Notes under the pieces: model-generated | The model's database searches: none | Seen by the model: only the letters and a program-made list of their open reading frames with translations | What the model was told of the DNA's origin: nothing | DNA from: Anaerolineae bacterium | GTDB lineage: Bacteria > Chloroflexota > Anaerolineae > JBHIDP01 | Assembly: GCA_046760185.1 (NCBI GenBank) | Contig: JBHIDP010000002.1 | Location: 1 to 33,212 of the forward strand | Direction of reading: 5' to 3' | DNA length: 33,212 nucleotides | Part shown: positions 1-8,822 of the stretch, piece after piece | Numbering within the stretch: the stretch's first letter is position 1 | Layout: every line of letters starts with the position of its first letter | Made by a program: the position numbers and the translations under genes

Positions 1-69
1 TTCTGGCTGCGGGACCAGATAGGGGATGCTGCTGGCTCCGTGATGGCCAACATGGGGGACTCTAGGACA

Positions 70-98
70 TTGACAACGGCAGCAAGCTGTGGTAAATT
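70..98 (+). promoter_or_regulatory. sigma70-like promoter candidate for the first kinase/regulator operon
   Basis: TTGACA at 70-75, a 17-nt spacer, then TAAATT at 93-98 preceded by TGG (extended -10 like). It lies about 40 nt upstream of the start at 141, which has GGGAGG upstream. Confidence 0.35.
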
Positions 99-140
99 TC
101 TTGGGTAAAGCTTCAGGACACTTTGGGGAGGCAAGGGTAG

Positions 141-1229
141 ATGGATATCGTGTGCGAAGCCAGTCTGTTCAGCCGGGTCAAGGCACGGGTGCTAAATGTG
201 CCCATTTTCTACAAGATTCTGATCGCGAACTCTCTCCTGATCATTGTCGGAGCTATCGGTGGCACCTGGCTGACCAAAATCTTTGTGCAGCAGCCTAACT
301 TTGCTCTGATCGGTTTCTTCGCCCTGGTTGGTGTCACCCTCAGCATTATCATCAACTTCGTGGTGCTGAAGACGGCCCTTCGCCCCCTGTCCACCCTGCA
401 AGGGACTGTAGAAGAGGTGTATCGGGGGAACACGCAGGTACGGGTGCCACTGAATCGGATTGATGATCCGGACCTGGCCCGTCTGGCTGTGGCCCTCAAC
501 ACCATGCTCGACCGACTGCAGACGCACACGGAGACGATAGAAGCACATCAGCGGCAACTGCGCTTTCTGTCGGGACAGGTGATCAATGCCCAGGAGGAGG
601 AGCGGAAACGGATAGCGCGGGAGCTGCACGATGAGACCAGTCAGGCGCTGGCCACGTTGATCATCAACCTGGAAGTGTTGGAGGAGAATCTACCGCAGGG
701 GTTGAAGGGGGCGAAGGAGAAGTTGGCGGCCACGAGGGGATTGGCCACGCGGACGTTGGGGGACGTCAGGAAGCTGGTGTTCGACCTGCGGCCGACGGTG
801 CTGGATGACCTGGGATTGGTGCCGGCCTTGAGGTGGTATGCGAAGAACCATCTGGAGAAAAGGGGGGTGAGGGTGCAGTTGGAGACGAGGGGGTTTGTGG
901 AGAGGCTTATGCCACAGGTGGAGACGGTGCTGTTCCGCATCACGCAGGAAGCGATGAACAACGTGGTGAAGCATGCGGAGGCGAGGAACGTGAAGGTGCG
1001 GTTAGGGCGGGAAGATGCGAAGCTGACGTTGATGGTGGAGGATGATGGGCGGGGTTTCAACGTGGAGGAGGTGTTGAAGAGGAGTGACAAGGAGACGAGG
1101 TTGGGGTTGTTTGGGATTGAGGAGAGGACAGCCCTTCTGGGTGGCACCTTCACCATTGAGTCTAAGGTGGGACAGGGGACGCGGCTGCGGGTCAGCATTC
1201 CGTATGGTCAAGGGGAGGTTGATGGCTAG
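141..1229 (+). CDS. sensor histidine kinase, NarL/DegS class (HisKA_3 + HATPase), two TM helices with almost no outer loop, HAMP-like linker
   Basis: 362-aa ORF with two N-terminal hydrophobic helices. The H-box is ARELHDETSQALA and the DLRP motif follows. The ATPase part contains QEAMNNVVKHA, DDGRGF and GLFGIEER. Confidence 0.9.
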   Translation: MDIVCEASLFSRVKARVLNVPIFYKILIANSLLIIVGAIGGTWLTKIFVQQPNFALIGFFALVGVTLSIIINFVVLKTALRPLSTLQGTVEEVYRGNTQVRVPLNRIDDPDLARLAVALNTMLDRLQTHTETIEAHQRQLRFLSGQVINAQEEERKRIARELHDETSQALATLIINLEVLEENLPQGLKGAKEKLAATRGLATRTLGDVRKLVFDLRPTVLDDLGLVPALRWYAKNHLEKRGVRVQLETRGFVERLMPQVETVLFRITQEAMNNVVKHAEARNVKVRLGREDAKLTLMVEDDGRGFNVEEVLKRSDKETRLGLFGIEERTALLGGTFTIESKVGQGTRLRVSIPYGQGEVDG

Positions 1230-1878
1230 AATACGGGTGCTGCTGGTTGATGACCATACCATTCTGCGAGACGGTATCCGGGTCCTTTTGGAGGCTCAGC
1301 CAGACATCCAGGTCGTGGGCGAAGCGGCAGATGGTCGCGAGGCGGTGCTCAAAACACGCCAATTGCGTCCCCACGTGGTCTTGATGGATATCGCCATGCC
1401 TCGGCTAAGTGGCCTGGAGGCAACTCGCCAGATAAAGGAGGAGAATCCGGAGGTTGCGGTCCTGGTGCTGACCATGCACGACAGTGAAGAATACGTGGGC
1501 CAAATCCTGGCTGCGGGGGCTAGCGGCTATGTGATCAAGCGGGCAGCGGCCAGCGAACTCGTCTCGGCCATTCGGGCTGTGAATCAAGGAGGGGCTTTTC
1601 TCTATCCCTCGATTAGCAAGATGTTGGTCGAAGACTACCTGCGCCGGGTGGAGGCTGGAGGGGAGCAGGATAGTTACGATGGGCTGACGGACCGGGAGCG
1701 TGAGGTACTGCAACTGATCGCTGAAGGGTATACCAATAAGGAGATCGCTCAGATCCTGTCGGTGAGCGTCAAGACCGTTCAAACCCACCGGAGCCACATC
1801 ATGGAGAAATTGGATATGCACGACCGGGTTGACCTGGTTAAGTATGCCATTCGAAAAGGAATCATTCAGCTAGAATAG
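1222..1878 (+). CDS. response regulator, NarL/LuxR family (REC + HTH)
   Basis: Translation from the ATG at 1222 gives MARIRVLLVDDH...MDIAMP (receiver domain) and LTDREREVLQLIAEGYTNKEIA (LuxR HTH). The start overlaps the kinase stop by 8 nt (ATGGCTAG), which indicates coupling. The track ORF from 1084 is an upstream extension. Confidence 0.9.
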   Translation: MARIRVLLVDDHTILRDGIRVLLEAQPDIQVVGEAADGREAVLKTRQLRPHVVLMDIAMPRLSGLEATRQIKEENPEVAVLVLTMHDSEEYVGQILAAGASGYVIKRAAASELVSAIRAVNQGGAFLYPSISKMLVEDYLRRVEAGGEQDSYDGLTDREREVLQLIAEGYTNKEIAQILSVSVKTVQTHRSHIMEKLDMHDRVDLVKYAIRKGIIQLE

Positions 1879-1915
1879 TGAAGCTATCATAATAGAGCTC
1901 ACTGAGGGGATATCA

Positions 1916-1950
1916 AAAGACCTGGCATGAAGCTAAGGTCTTTTTTGTTT
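1916..1950 (+). terminator. intrinsic terminator candidate after the first regulator
   Basis: AAAGACCT (1916-1923) pairs with AGGTCTTT (1936-1943) and is followed by a T run. Confidence 0.45.
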
Positions 1951-2138
1951 TCAAATGGGGTCTCCTACACCTCAAAATGGGTTCTCGGCCCTATACACAA
2001 GTGTAGCCAAGAGGTGTAAACTATAAGAGGATATTCATAGTATTCTTGCTGGTTGATCGCTCAGGCGGATGCCAAGAAGTTCCAGACGGACTAGCAGTTA
2101 TCATCTTCTTGAGAATTCTATCGCACCGGAGGTAAGGC

Positions 2139-2279
2139 ATGGATCGCCTGACAATCTTCTGGATCACCGTGGCCGTGGCATTGGTCCTGGCCGGTATCGG
2201 GCTGTGGATCAATCTGTCCATCTGGCTCCAGGGCCAGGTGAACGGCAAAGACGGCCCGGTCACTCAGCAGACTAAATGA
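2139..2279 (+). CDS. small (46 aa) single-pass membrane protein, absent from the ORF track (below its size cutoff)
   Basis: GGAGG at 2128-2132 lies 6 nt before the ATG at 2139. Hand translation gives MDRLTIFWITVAVALVLAGIGLWINLSIWLQGQVNGKDGPVTQQTK with a TGA stop at 2277-2279. It sits directly upstream of hdrC. Confidence 0.5.
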   Translation: MDRLTIFWITVAVALVLAGIGLWINLSIWLQGQVNGKDGPVTQQTK

Positions 2280-2322
2280 GGTTAAACGCCACGATATGAT
2301 GTCGTTTGCACAGGAAGGGAAC

Positions 2323-2886
2323 ATGGCGAAGCAGGTCGCGAAATTACCATTGGGATTTCCCGATTTCAGTGAGGCGGTTAGAAGCGTAAGTGGAGTTGAT
2401 GTGAATTTGTGTTTTCAATGTGCAAAGTGTGCCAGTGGTTGCCCTGTTTCCTACGCTATGGACTACACACCCACTCAACTAATCCATGCCATTCAATTGG
2501 GGTTGATTGACCTCGTGCTGAACAGCAAGACGATGTGGCTTTGTGCCTCCTGTCAAACCTGTAGTACCCGCTGCCCACAGGACGTAGACCTTGCGGGGGT
2601 GATGGATGCGGTAAGGATCATTGCCCAGCGTAAAAAGATAAGGGCTAAGATACCGGAGGTTCTGACCTTTTACAGGAGTTTTCTGAGAAACGTCGGCTTC
2701 TTTGGGCGCACGTATGAATTAGGCATGATCGCCATGCTGAAGCTCCTGACCCGCAGGTTTACCAAGGATATAGGCCTGGGGCTGAGGATGCTGAGGAAGG
2801 GGAAGTTGAATATCTTCCCCAGCTTCAGGGGGGCACTGGCGGCGAGGAGGATATTTGCCGAAGTCAAGGCCAGGGAAAAGAGATGA
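2323..2886 (+). CDS. hdrC: heterodisulfide reductase subunit C-like (2x[4Fe-4S] ferredoxin-type)
   Basis: Cys motifs CFQCAKCASGCP and CASCQTCSTRCP. The start at 2323 is preferred because AGGAAGGGA lies just upstream. The track ORF begins at 2296. The stop overlaps the hdrB start (ATGA). Confidence 0.85.
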   Translation: MAKQVAKLPLGFPDFSEAVRSVSGVDVNLCFQCAKCASGCPVSYAMDYTPTQLIHAIQLGLIDLVLNSKTMWLCASCQTCSTRCPQDVDLAGVMDAVRIIAQRKKIRAKIPEVLTFYRSFLRNVGFFGRTYELGMIAMLKLLTRRFTKDIGLGLRMLRKGKLNIFPSFRGALAARRIFAEVKAREKR

Positions 2887-3743
2887 GGTACGCATACTAT
2901 CCGGGGTGCTCCTTACATTCTACTGCGAAAGAATACGACCATTCGTTCCGTGCCGTATGCAGCAGGCTGGGTATCGAACTAGTGGAAATTAAGAATTGGT
3001 TCTGCTGCGGTTCAACCCCAGCCCATAGTGTCTCCAGGTTGCTTGGCTCGGCCCTCCCCCTTGGGAATCTGGCAACGATGCAAAAGAGGGGCTTCCAGGA
3101 GGTTGTCGTTCCCTGCGCCTCATGTTTCTCCCGGTTCAAAACGGCTCTGCACAACGTGGAGAATGAACCTGGGCTGAGAGAAGAGATCGAGCAGGTGATC
3201 GAAGGCAACTGGAGCGATGACATCAAGGTTTATCATCCACTCCAGATATTTTCTGAGGAGTCTCAATTAGGCAAGATTTCTGGCCTTGTGAAGCGAGAAT
3301 TGGCTGGCTTGAAGGTGGTTTGCTACTACGGGTGTCTGCTAACGCGACCACCAAAGGTTGCCCAGTTCGACACCTGTGAGTATCCGGAAAGCATGGATCG
3401 GGTGTTAAGGGCACTGGGCATTGCCACCTTGGATTGGTCTTACAAGACCGATTGCTGCGGGGCCGCTTTCGCCCTGACTAGAACCGACATTGTGTTGAAA
3501 CTGAGCCATGAGATTTTGGAGGGGGCCAAGTCCGTGGGCGCGGACGCAATTGCCGTTGCCTGCCCCCTCTGTCATGCCAATCTAGATACGCGTCAGGAAG
3601 AAATCGAGAAAGATTACGGCGCGGATTACAAGTTGCCGATCTTCTATTTCACCGAGTTGATGGGAATCAGTTTTGGGCTGTCGTCAAAGGAGTTATTGCT
3701 TGGAAAGCACTTAGTCGGTGCTGAAAAAATTTTGAGCAGGTGA
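2883..3743 (+). CDS. hdrB: heterodisulfide reductase subunit B-like (two CCG domains)
   Basis: 286 aa. The CCG-type motifs are NWFCCGSTP...VPCASC and TDCCGAAF...ACPLCH. The ATGA overlap with hdrC and the GTGA overlap with hdrA indicate coupling. Confidence 0.9.
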   Translation: MRYAYYPGCSLHSTAKEYDHSFRAVCSRLGIELVEIKNWFCCGSTPAHSVSRLLGSALPLGNLATMQKRGFQEVVVPCASCFSRFKTALHNVENEPGLREEIEQVIEGNWSDDIKVYHPLQIFSEESQLGKISGLVKRELAGLKVVCYYGCLLTRPPKVAQFDTCEYPESMDRVLRALGIATLDWSYKTDCCGAAFALTRTDIVLKLSHEILEGAKSVGADAIAVACPLCHANLDTRQEEIEKDYGADYKLPIFYFTELMGISFGLSSKELLLGKHLVGAEKILSR

Positions 3744-6700
3744 CAGCGATGTCTGATGACAAAAAAGTAGGCGCAGCTTTGGTAGTAGGCGGAGGCATTG
3801 CTGGGATGCAGGCGGCGCTGGATTTAGCCGGATCGGGTATCAAGGTCTATCTGGTGGATAAGAAGCCTGCCATTGGCGGCACCATGGCTCAGCTCGACAA
3901 GACCTTCCCCACCAACGACTGCGCCATGTGCACCATGGCGCCACGACTAGTCGATGTCGCTAGGCACCTCAATATCGAGCTCGTGACGTACTCAACTGTA
4001 GAGAACGTGACTGGAGAAGCGGGAAACTTTAAGGTCAAGATCAGGAACCTTAGAAGGTTCGTTGATCTGGAAAAATGTACGGGATGTGGCGAATGCGAAA
4101 ATGCATGCCCTGTGGAAGTAAAGGACGAGTTCAACCTTGGCTTGTCGAATAGGAAAGCCATCTATAGGCTATACCCGCAGGCCATCCCGAATGTTTTCAC
4201 CATTGACAAGCTTGATGAGAAATCTCCATGTAAAGTTGCGTGTCCTGCAAGGGTCAATGCACAAGCATACGTCAAGCTTATCTCGCAGAAGAAGTTCAGC
4301 GAGGCCCTTGCGATAATCAGGGAAAGGAACCCGTTCCCGGCGATATGTGGCCGCGTCTGTCACCACCCGTGCGAGGAGGAGTGCAATAGAAAAGATGTAG
4401 ACGAAGCCATCGCAATCCGCGGGCTGAAGAGGTTTGCCATAGACCACGCGATGCAAAACGGTGAGGAAGCCCCGGAGCCAGTAGCTCCAACCAAGGGGGA
4501 AAAGGTTGCGGTCATAGGAGCGGGGCCGGCAGGTCTTACCTGTGCGCTGAGACTCGTAGAGATGGGCTACCCCACGACAGTGATCGATGCCTCCGCCGAG
4601 CCGGGGGGCATGATGACGGCCTGCATTCCCAACTACCGCATACCCAAGAGCATAGCCAGATACGACATCAACCGCATACTTGCCCACGGCGTGACATTGA
4701 GAGTAAATACCAAGGTCGGAAAGGATGTGACGCTCGATGAGCTAAGAGGACAGTTCAACGCTATCTTCGTCGCGATAGGGGCGCAAGACGCGGCTAAACT
4801 GCCGGTTGAGGGGGCGGAGTCCCAAGGTGTCCTTTTCGGCTTACCATTCCTGCGAGAGGCAAAAGGCAATGGGAAGGTCGAAAATTTCGGAGAGAGCCCA
4901 ATCATTATCGGTGGTGGCAATGTCGGGATAGATTGCGCGAAGACCGCCTTGCGACTTGGTGCTAAGGAGGTTCACCTTGTTTGTCTCGAGACTCGAGATC
5001 TTGCATCCAAAGATAGAATGCCTGCACATAACTGGGAAATAGAAGAGGCTGAGGAAGAAGGCGTAGTGATACATCCGTGTCTAGGCCCAAAGAAAATCGT
5101 CATTGATAATGGGCGAGTCACGGGATTGGAAACTATCGCTTGCACTTCAGTCTACGACGATTCCGGGAAATTCGCTCCCAAATTCGACAAGGATAGCCCG
5201 TCTCCGACAATCCCGGGTGACACTGTAATAATCGCCATCGGCCAGAGGTCAGACCTAAGCGGTTTTGAGCAACTGGAACAAGAGCGCCGCCTCATCAAGG
5301 TCGACCCGATAACCCTCCAAACAAGCATACCCGGGATCTTCGCTGGCGGCGATATTGTCAGCGGGCCAGCCTCCGTGGTGGAAGCTGTACAGCATGGCAA
5401 CGAAGCCGCCATATCCATTGACAGATACCTGAGGGGGGAAAACCTCAGGGAGGGTCGTGGCCTAGAAGAGCCGAAAATTACACAGGTACGGGAAGAAGTC
5501 AAGAAAGAAGCCAGGCAAAACATGCCGAAGCTGTCGGCGTCCGAAAGGAAGACCACGTTCTCGGAGATTGAACTTGGCTTCACCGAGGAGATGGCGGTTT
5601 CCGAAGCGAACAGATGTCTGAGTTGCTCCATTTGCGCTGAATGTCTCCAATGCGTGAAGGCCTGCAAAGCTGAGGCTATTGACCATCAAATGCAGGAACG
5701 AGTGTTGGAATTGGATGTGGGCGCTGTAATACTCGCGGCTGGCTACGAAATAGTTGACCCTGAGGCGAAGAAAGAGCTTGGCTATGGCAGGTACCCCAAC
5801 GTCATCTCAAGCCTCCAGTTTGAGCGATTGCTTTCGGCAAGCGGCCCGCATATGGGCAAGGTGCTGCGCCCCTCCGACCTAAAAACCCCCAAGAAAGTAG
5901 CCTTCATCCAGTGCGTGGGCTCGCGGGAGATTGAGCACAACTACTGCTCCTCCGTGTGCTGTATGTATGCCACCAAAGAGGCCATCATAGTCAAAGAGCA
6001 CGAGCCCGATACAGACTGTACCATCTTTTACATTGACCTACGGGCCTTCGGAAAGGGGTTCGAGGCTTACTATAACCGCGCTAAGGAACTCGGCATCCGA
6101 TACATCCGATGCCGCCCCTCATCTATTAAAGAAGTGCCGCAAACCAGAAACCTCTTAATTCAATATCAGAAAGAAGGCGGCCAAATCGCCACCGAAGATT
6201 TCGACCTCGTCGTCCTCTCCGTAGGGCTTAGGCCAATACCGGAGGGGGCTGAACTGGCTCGGGTCTTTGGCATCGACCTTAACGAGCACGGCTTCGCCAG
6301 CACCAAGGAGTTCTCGCCAACCGAGTCTTCCAGGCAGGGGGTCTATGTGGCGGGCTTATTCTCCGGGCCGAAGGATATACCGGAGAGCGTGATGGAGGCC
6401 TCTGCCGCTGCATCCAAGGTGATGGGCTTTCTGGCCGAGGAGAGAGGGAGCCTCATTGCTGAGAAGACATACCCGCCGGAAAGGGATGTGTCGGGCCAGG
6501 AGCCACGCATTGGCGTTTTCATCTGCCATTGCGGCAGGAACATAGCCGGGGTAGTGAACATCTCAGAACTGGTTGAATACGCTAGAACATTGCCCAACGT
6601 CAGCTACGTCGAGGACAACCTGTATACTTGTTCCACGGACACCCAGCAGGTCATCACCCAAAAAATCCAGGAGCATGATCTGAACCGGGTTATCGTGGCC

Positions 6701-8179
6701 TCCTGCACCCCGAGAACCCACGAGCCCCTGTTCCAGGATACCTTAAGGGAAGCTGGGCTCAACCCCTACCTGTTCGAGATGGCCAATATCCGCGACCAGT
6801 GCTCCTGGGTGCACATGCACGAGCCAGAAGCGGCAACGGAAAAGGCGAAGGACCTGGTAAGGATGGCCGTGGCCAAGGCAAGGCTCCTGGAGCCTCTGTA
6901 CCCTCAGTTTGTAGACGTCATTCCCAGGGCTCTGGTCATTGGCGGTGGTATGGCTGGAATGACGGCTGCCCTTGACCTCGCGGAACAGGGGTTTGAAACC
7001 TATCTGCTGGAAAAGAGCCTCACCCTGGGTGGCAACGTGCGAAGGCTGAAATTCCTCATGAACGGCGATGATCCACAGGAATGGCTGGATACCCTGATCC
7101 AAAAGGTGACCACACACCCCAAGGTTCAGGTTTACACCGAGGCAGAAATCTCAGACTTCCAGGGGTCAATAGGCAACTTTAAGACGGAGTTTATAGCCAA
7201 CGGCAAGGTTCATAGCGTGGAGCACGGGGTTGTCATCGTGGCCACCGGTGCCCAAGAGTACAGGCCGCAGGAATATATGTATGGTCAAGACCCGAGGGTG
7301 ATGACCCAGCTCGAGCTGGAGGAGAAGCTGACGAACGGCGACTTCAAAGCCGGTTCAGTTGTTATGGTCCAGTGCGTAGGCTCGTGCGAGGAGCCACAAG
7401 GCTATTGCAGCCGGCTGTGCTGTTCTCAGGCAGTAAAGAATGCCCTGAAGATGAAAGAAGGAAAACAACAGGCAGATGTGTTCATCCTGCACCGGGATGT
7501 TCGCACCTATGGCTTCAACGAGGCATACTACCGCAAGGCGCGCGAAGCCGGGGTGAGGTTCATCCGCTTCGAGCAGGGCCACGAGCCAGAAGTGACATCT
7601 GCTAACGGACACCTGGCGGTGTCGGTTGACGATAGCCTGCTGGGTATGAGGCTGAGTATCAACTGTGATGCCGTCGTCCTAGCCGCTGGCATAGTACCTC
7701 GGGATGACAATAGCGATCTGGCCCAGAAGCTCAAGATACCTCTAACCCAGGATGGATTCTTCCTGGAGGCCCACATGAAGCTGCGGCCTGTAGATTTCGC
7801 CAGCGACGGCATCTTCCTCTGCGGCCTGGCCCATGCCCCTAAGTCTCTGACTGAAAGCATTGTCCAGGCAAGCGCAGCAGCGGCCAGGGCGGCCACGGTC
7901 CTCTCCAAGCGCCAGATTGAGCTGGAGCCGAAAATCTCCCAGGTGGTGGACGAGAACTGTGATGGCTGTGCCTACTGCATTGAGCCTTGCCCCTACGATG
8001 CCATCACCCTCATAGAGTACATGAAGGAAGGCGCCGTGAAGAAGACAGTCGAGTCGGACCCCGCCAAGTGCCGTGGCTGCGGGGTATGCCAGGCCACCTG
8101 TCCCAAGAAGGGAATCTTTGTTCGCAACTTCAGGCTGGAGCAGATATCAGCCATGGTGGAGGCAGCATTGACGAGATGA
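3740..8179 (+). CDS. hdrA: giant HdrA-family fusion: an HdrA-like module interrupted by a GltD/NfnB-like NAD(P)H-FAD module, followed by a second complete HdrA module
   Basis: 1479 aa. FAD fingerprints are VVGGGIAGMQAALDLA (N-terminus) and VIGGGMAGMTAALDLA (about aa 1066). The HdrA signature CxGSR/C...YCSxxCC occurs twice (QCVGSREIEHNYCSSVCC and QCVGSCEEPQGYCSRLCC). GltD-like motifs at about aa 160-570 are NPFPAICGRVCHHPCEEECNR, VAVIGAGPAGL and IIIGGGNVGIDCA. CHCGRNIAG marks the HdrA N-terminal cluster domain at about aa 929. There are several CxxCxxCxxxCP ferredoxin motifs. An alternative ATG start lies at 3749. Confidence 0.9.
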   Translation: MTAMSDDKKVGAALVVGGGIAGMQAALDLAGSGIKVYLVDKKPAIGGTMAQLDKTFPTNDCAMCTMAPRLVDVARHLNIELVTYSTVENVTGEAGNFKVKIRNLRRFVDLEKCTGCGECENACPVEVKDEFNLGLSNRKAIYRLYPQAIPNVFTIDKLDEKSPCKVACPARVNAQAYVKLISQKKFSEALAIIRERNPFPAICGRVCHHPCEEECNRKDVDEAIAIRGLKRFAIDHAMQNGEEAPEPVAPTKGEKVAVIGAGPAGLTCALRLVEMGYPTTVIDASAEPGGMMTACIPNYRIPKSIARYDINRILAHGVTLRVNTKVGKDVTLDELRGQFNAIFVAIGAQDAAKLPVEGAESQGVLFGLPFLREAKGNGKVENFGESPIIIGGGNVGIDCAKTALRLGAKEVHLVCLETRDLASKDRMPAHNWEIEEAEEEGVVIHPCLGPKKIVIDNGRVTGLETIACTSVYDDSGKFAPKFDKDSPSPTIPGDTVIIAIGQRSDLSGFEQLEQERRLIKVDPITLQTSIPGIFAGGDIVSGPASVVEAVQHGNEAAISIDRYLRGENLREGRGLEEPKITQVREEVKKEARQNMPKLSASERKTTFSEIELGFTEEMAVSEANRCLSCSICAECLQCVKACKAEAIDHQMQERVLELDVGAVILAAGYEIVDPEAKKELGYGRYPNVISSLQFERLLSASGPHMGKVLRPSDLKTPKKVAFIQCVGSREIEHNYCSSVCCMYATKEAIIVKEHEPDTDCTIFYIDLRAFGKGFEAYYNRAKELGIRYIRCRPSSIKEVPQTRNLLIQYQKEGGQIATEDFDLVVLSVGLRPIPEGAELARVFGIDLNEHGFASTKEFSPTESSRQGVYVAGLFSGPKDIPESVMEASAAASKVMGFLAEERGSLIAEKTYPPERDVSGQEPRIGVFICHCGRNIAGVVNISELVEYARTLPNVSYVEDNLYTCSTDTQQVITQKIQEHDLNRVIVASCTPRTHEPLFQDTLREAGLNPYLFEMANIRDQCSWVHMHEPEAATEKAKDLVRMAVAKARLLEPLYPQFVDVIPRALVIGGGMAGMTAALDLAEQGFETYLLEKSLTLGGNVRRLKFLMNGDDPQEWLDTLIQKVTTHPKVQVYTEAEISDFQGSIGNFKTEFIANGKVHSVEHGVVIVATGAQEYRPQEYMYGQDPRVMTQLELEEKLTNGDFKAGSVVMVQCVGSCEEPQGYCSRLCCSQAVKNALKMKEGKQQADVFILHRDVRTYGFNEAYYRKAREAGVRFIRFEQGHEPEVTSANGHLAVSVDDSLLGMRLSINCDAVVLAAGIVPRDDNSDLAQKLKIPLTQDGFFLEAHMKLRPVDFASDGIFLCGLAHAPKSLTESIVQASAAAARAATVLSKRQIELEPKISQVVDENCDGCAYCIEPCPYDAITLIEYMKEGAVKKTVESDPAKCRGCGVCQATCPKKGIFVRNFRLEQISAMVEAALTR

Positions 8180-8595
8180 GCACTGAAACCTTCGAGCCGT
8201 TGGTCATAACCTTCTGTTGCAACTGGTGCTCCTATGCCGGGGCGGACCTGGCCGGGGTTTCCAGGATCCAATATCCGCCGAACATACGCATTATCAGGGT
8301 TATGTGCTCTGGCATGGTGCACCCGAACCTGGTTATGGATGCCTTGACTAAAGGCGCCGACGGGGTGCTCATTTGCGGCTGCCACCCCGGGGACTGCCAC
8401 TACCAGGAGGGCAACCTAAAGGCCGAGGCGAGGGCCGATGCCATCAAGCTGATGATGGAGGACTTCGGTATCGAAGAGGAGAGGTTCAGGCTGGAGTGGG
8501 TGTCCGCCTCTGAGGCGAGCAGATTTGCTCAGGTCGTGACCGACATGGTGTCCCAGATCAAGGCCCTAGGCCCCAGCCCGTTCAAAACTTTCTAG
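8176..8595 (+). CDS. mvhD: MvhD-like (methyl-viologen-reducing hydrogenase delta subunit family, [2Fe-2S])
   Basis: Translation from the ATG at 8176 gives MSTETFEPLVITFCCNWCSYAGADLAG...MCSG...ICGCHPGDCHY. The ATGA overlap with the hdrA stop indicates coupling. The track ORF from 7987 is a frame extension inside hdrA. Confidence 0.9.
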   Translation: MSTETFEPLVITFCCNWCSYAGADLAGVSRIQYPPNIRIIRVMCSGMVHPNLVMDALTKGADGVLICGCHPGDCHYQEGNLKAEARADAIKLMMEDFGIEEERFRLEWVSASEASRFAQVVTDMVSQIKALGPSPFKTF

Positions 8596-8606
8596 GGGGA
8601 GAGCAG

Positions 8607-8807
8607 GTGGAATTGGCAAGGACGTTTGGCGGCAAGAAGTTCATGTGGGACGGAAGGGTTTACGAGGATCAAAAGGAAGCCCAGGAGGTTGGTCAAAAGT
8701 ACAGAGGCGACGGCTTTGAGGTCGAGCTGGTTGAGGAAAACGGACAGTGCTTCTTATTCACCCGGAGGGTGGTTAAAGAAGTGGTAGTTGAGGGACAACC
8801 AATCTGA
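8607..8807 (+). CDS. small hypothetical protein (66 aa) between mvhD and mvhG
   Basis: GTG start with GGGGGAGAG upstream. The product is soluble and charged. I recognise no family for it. Confidence 0.45.
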   Translation: MELARTFGGKKFMWDGRVYEDQKEAQEVGQKYRGDGFEVELVEENGQCFLFTRRVVKEVVVEGQPI

Positions 8808-8822
8808 AAGGAGGTTTAAGTC

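Noticed and set aside
1-108. Possible 3' end of an upstream + strand gene (frame 1 is open to the TAA at 106-108)
   Set aside because: Only 35 codons are visible and there is no recognisable motif. This cannot be supported from the window alone.
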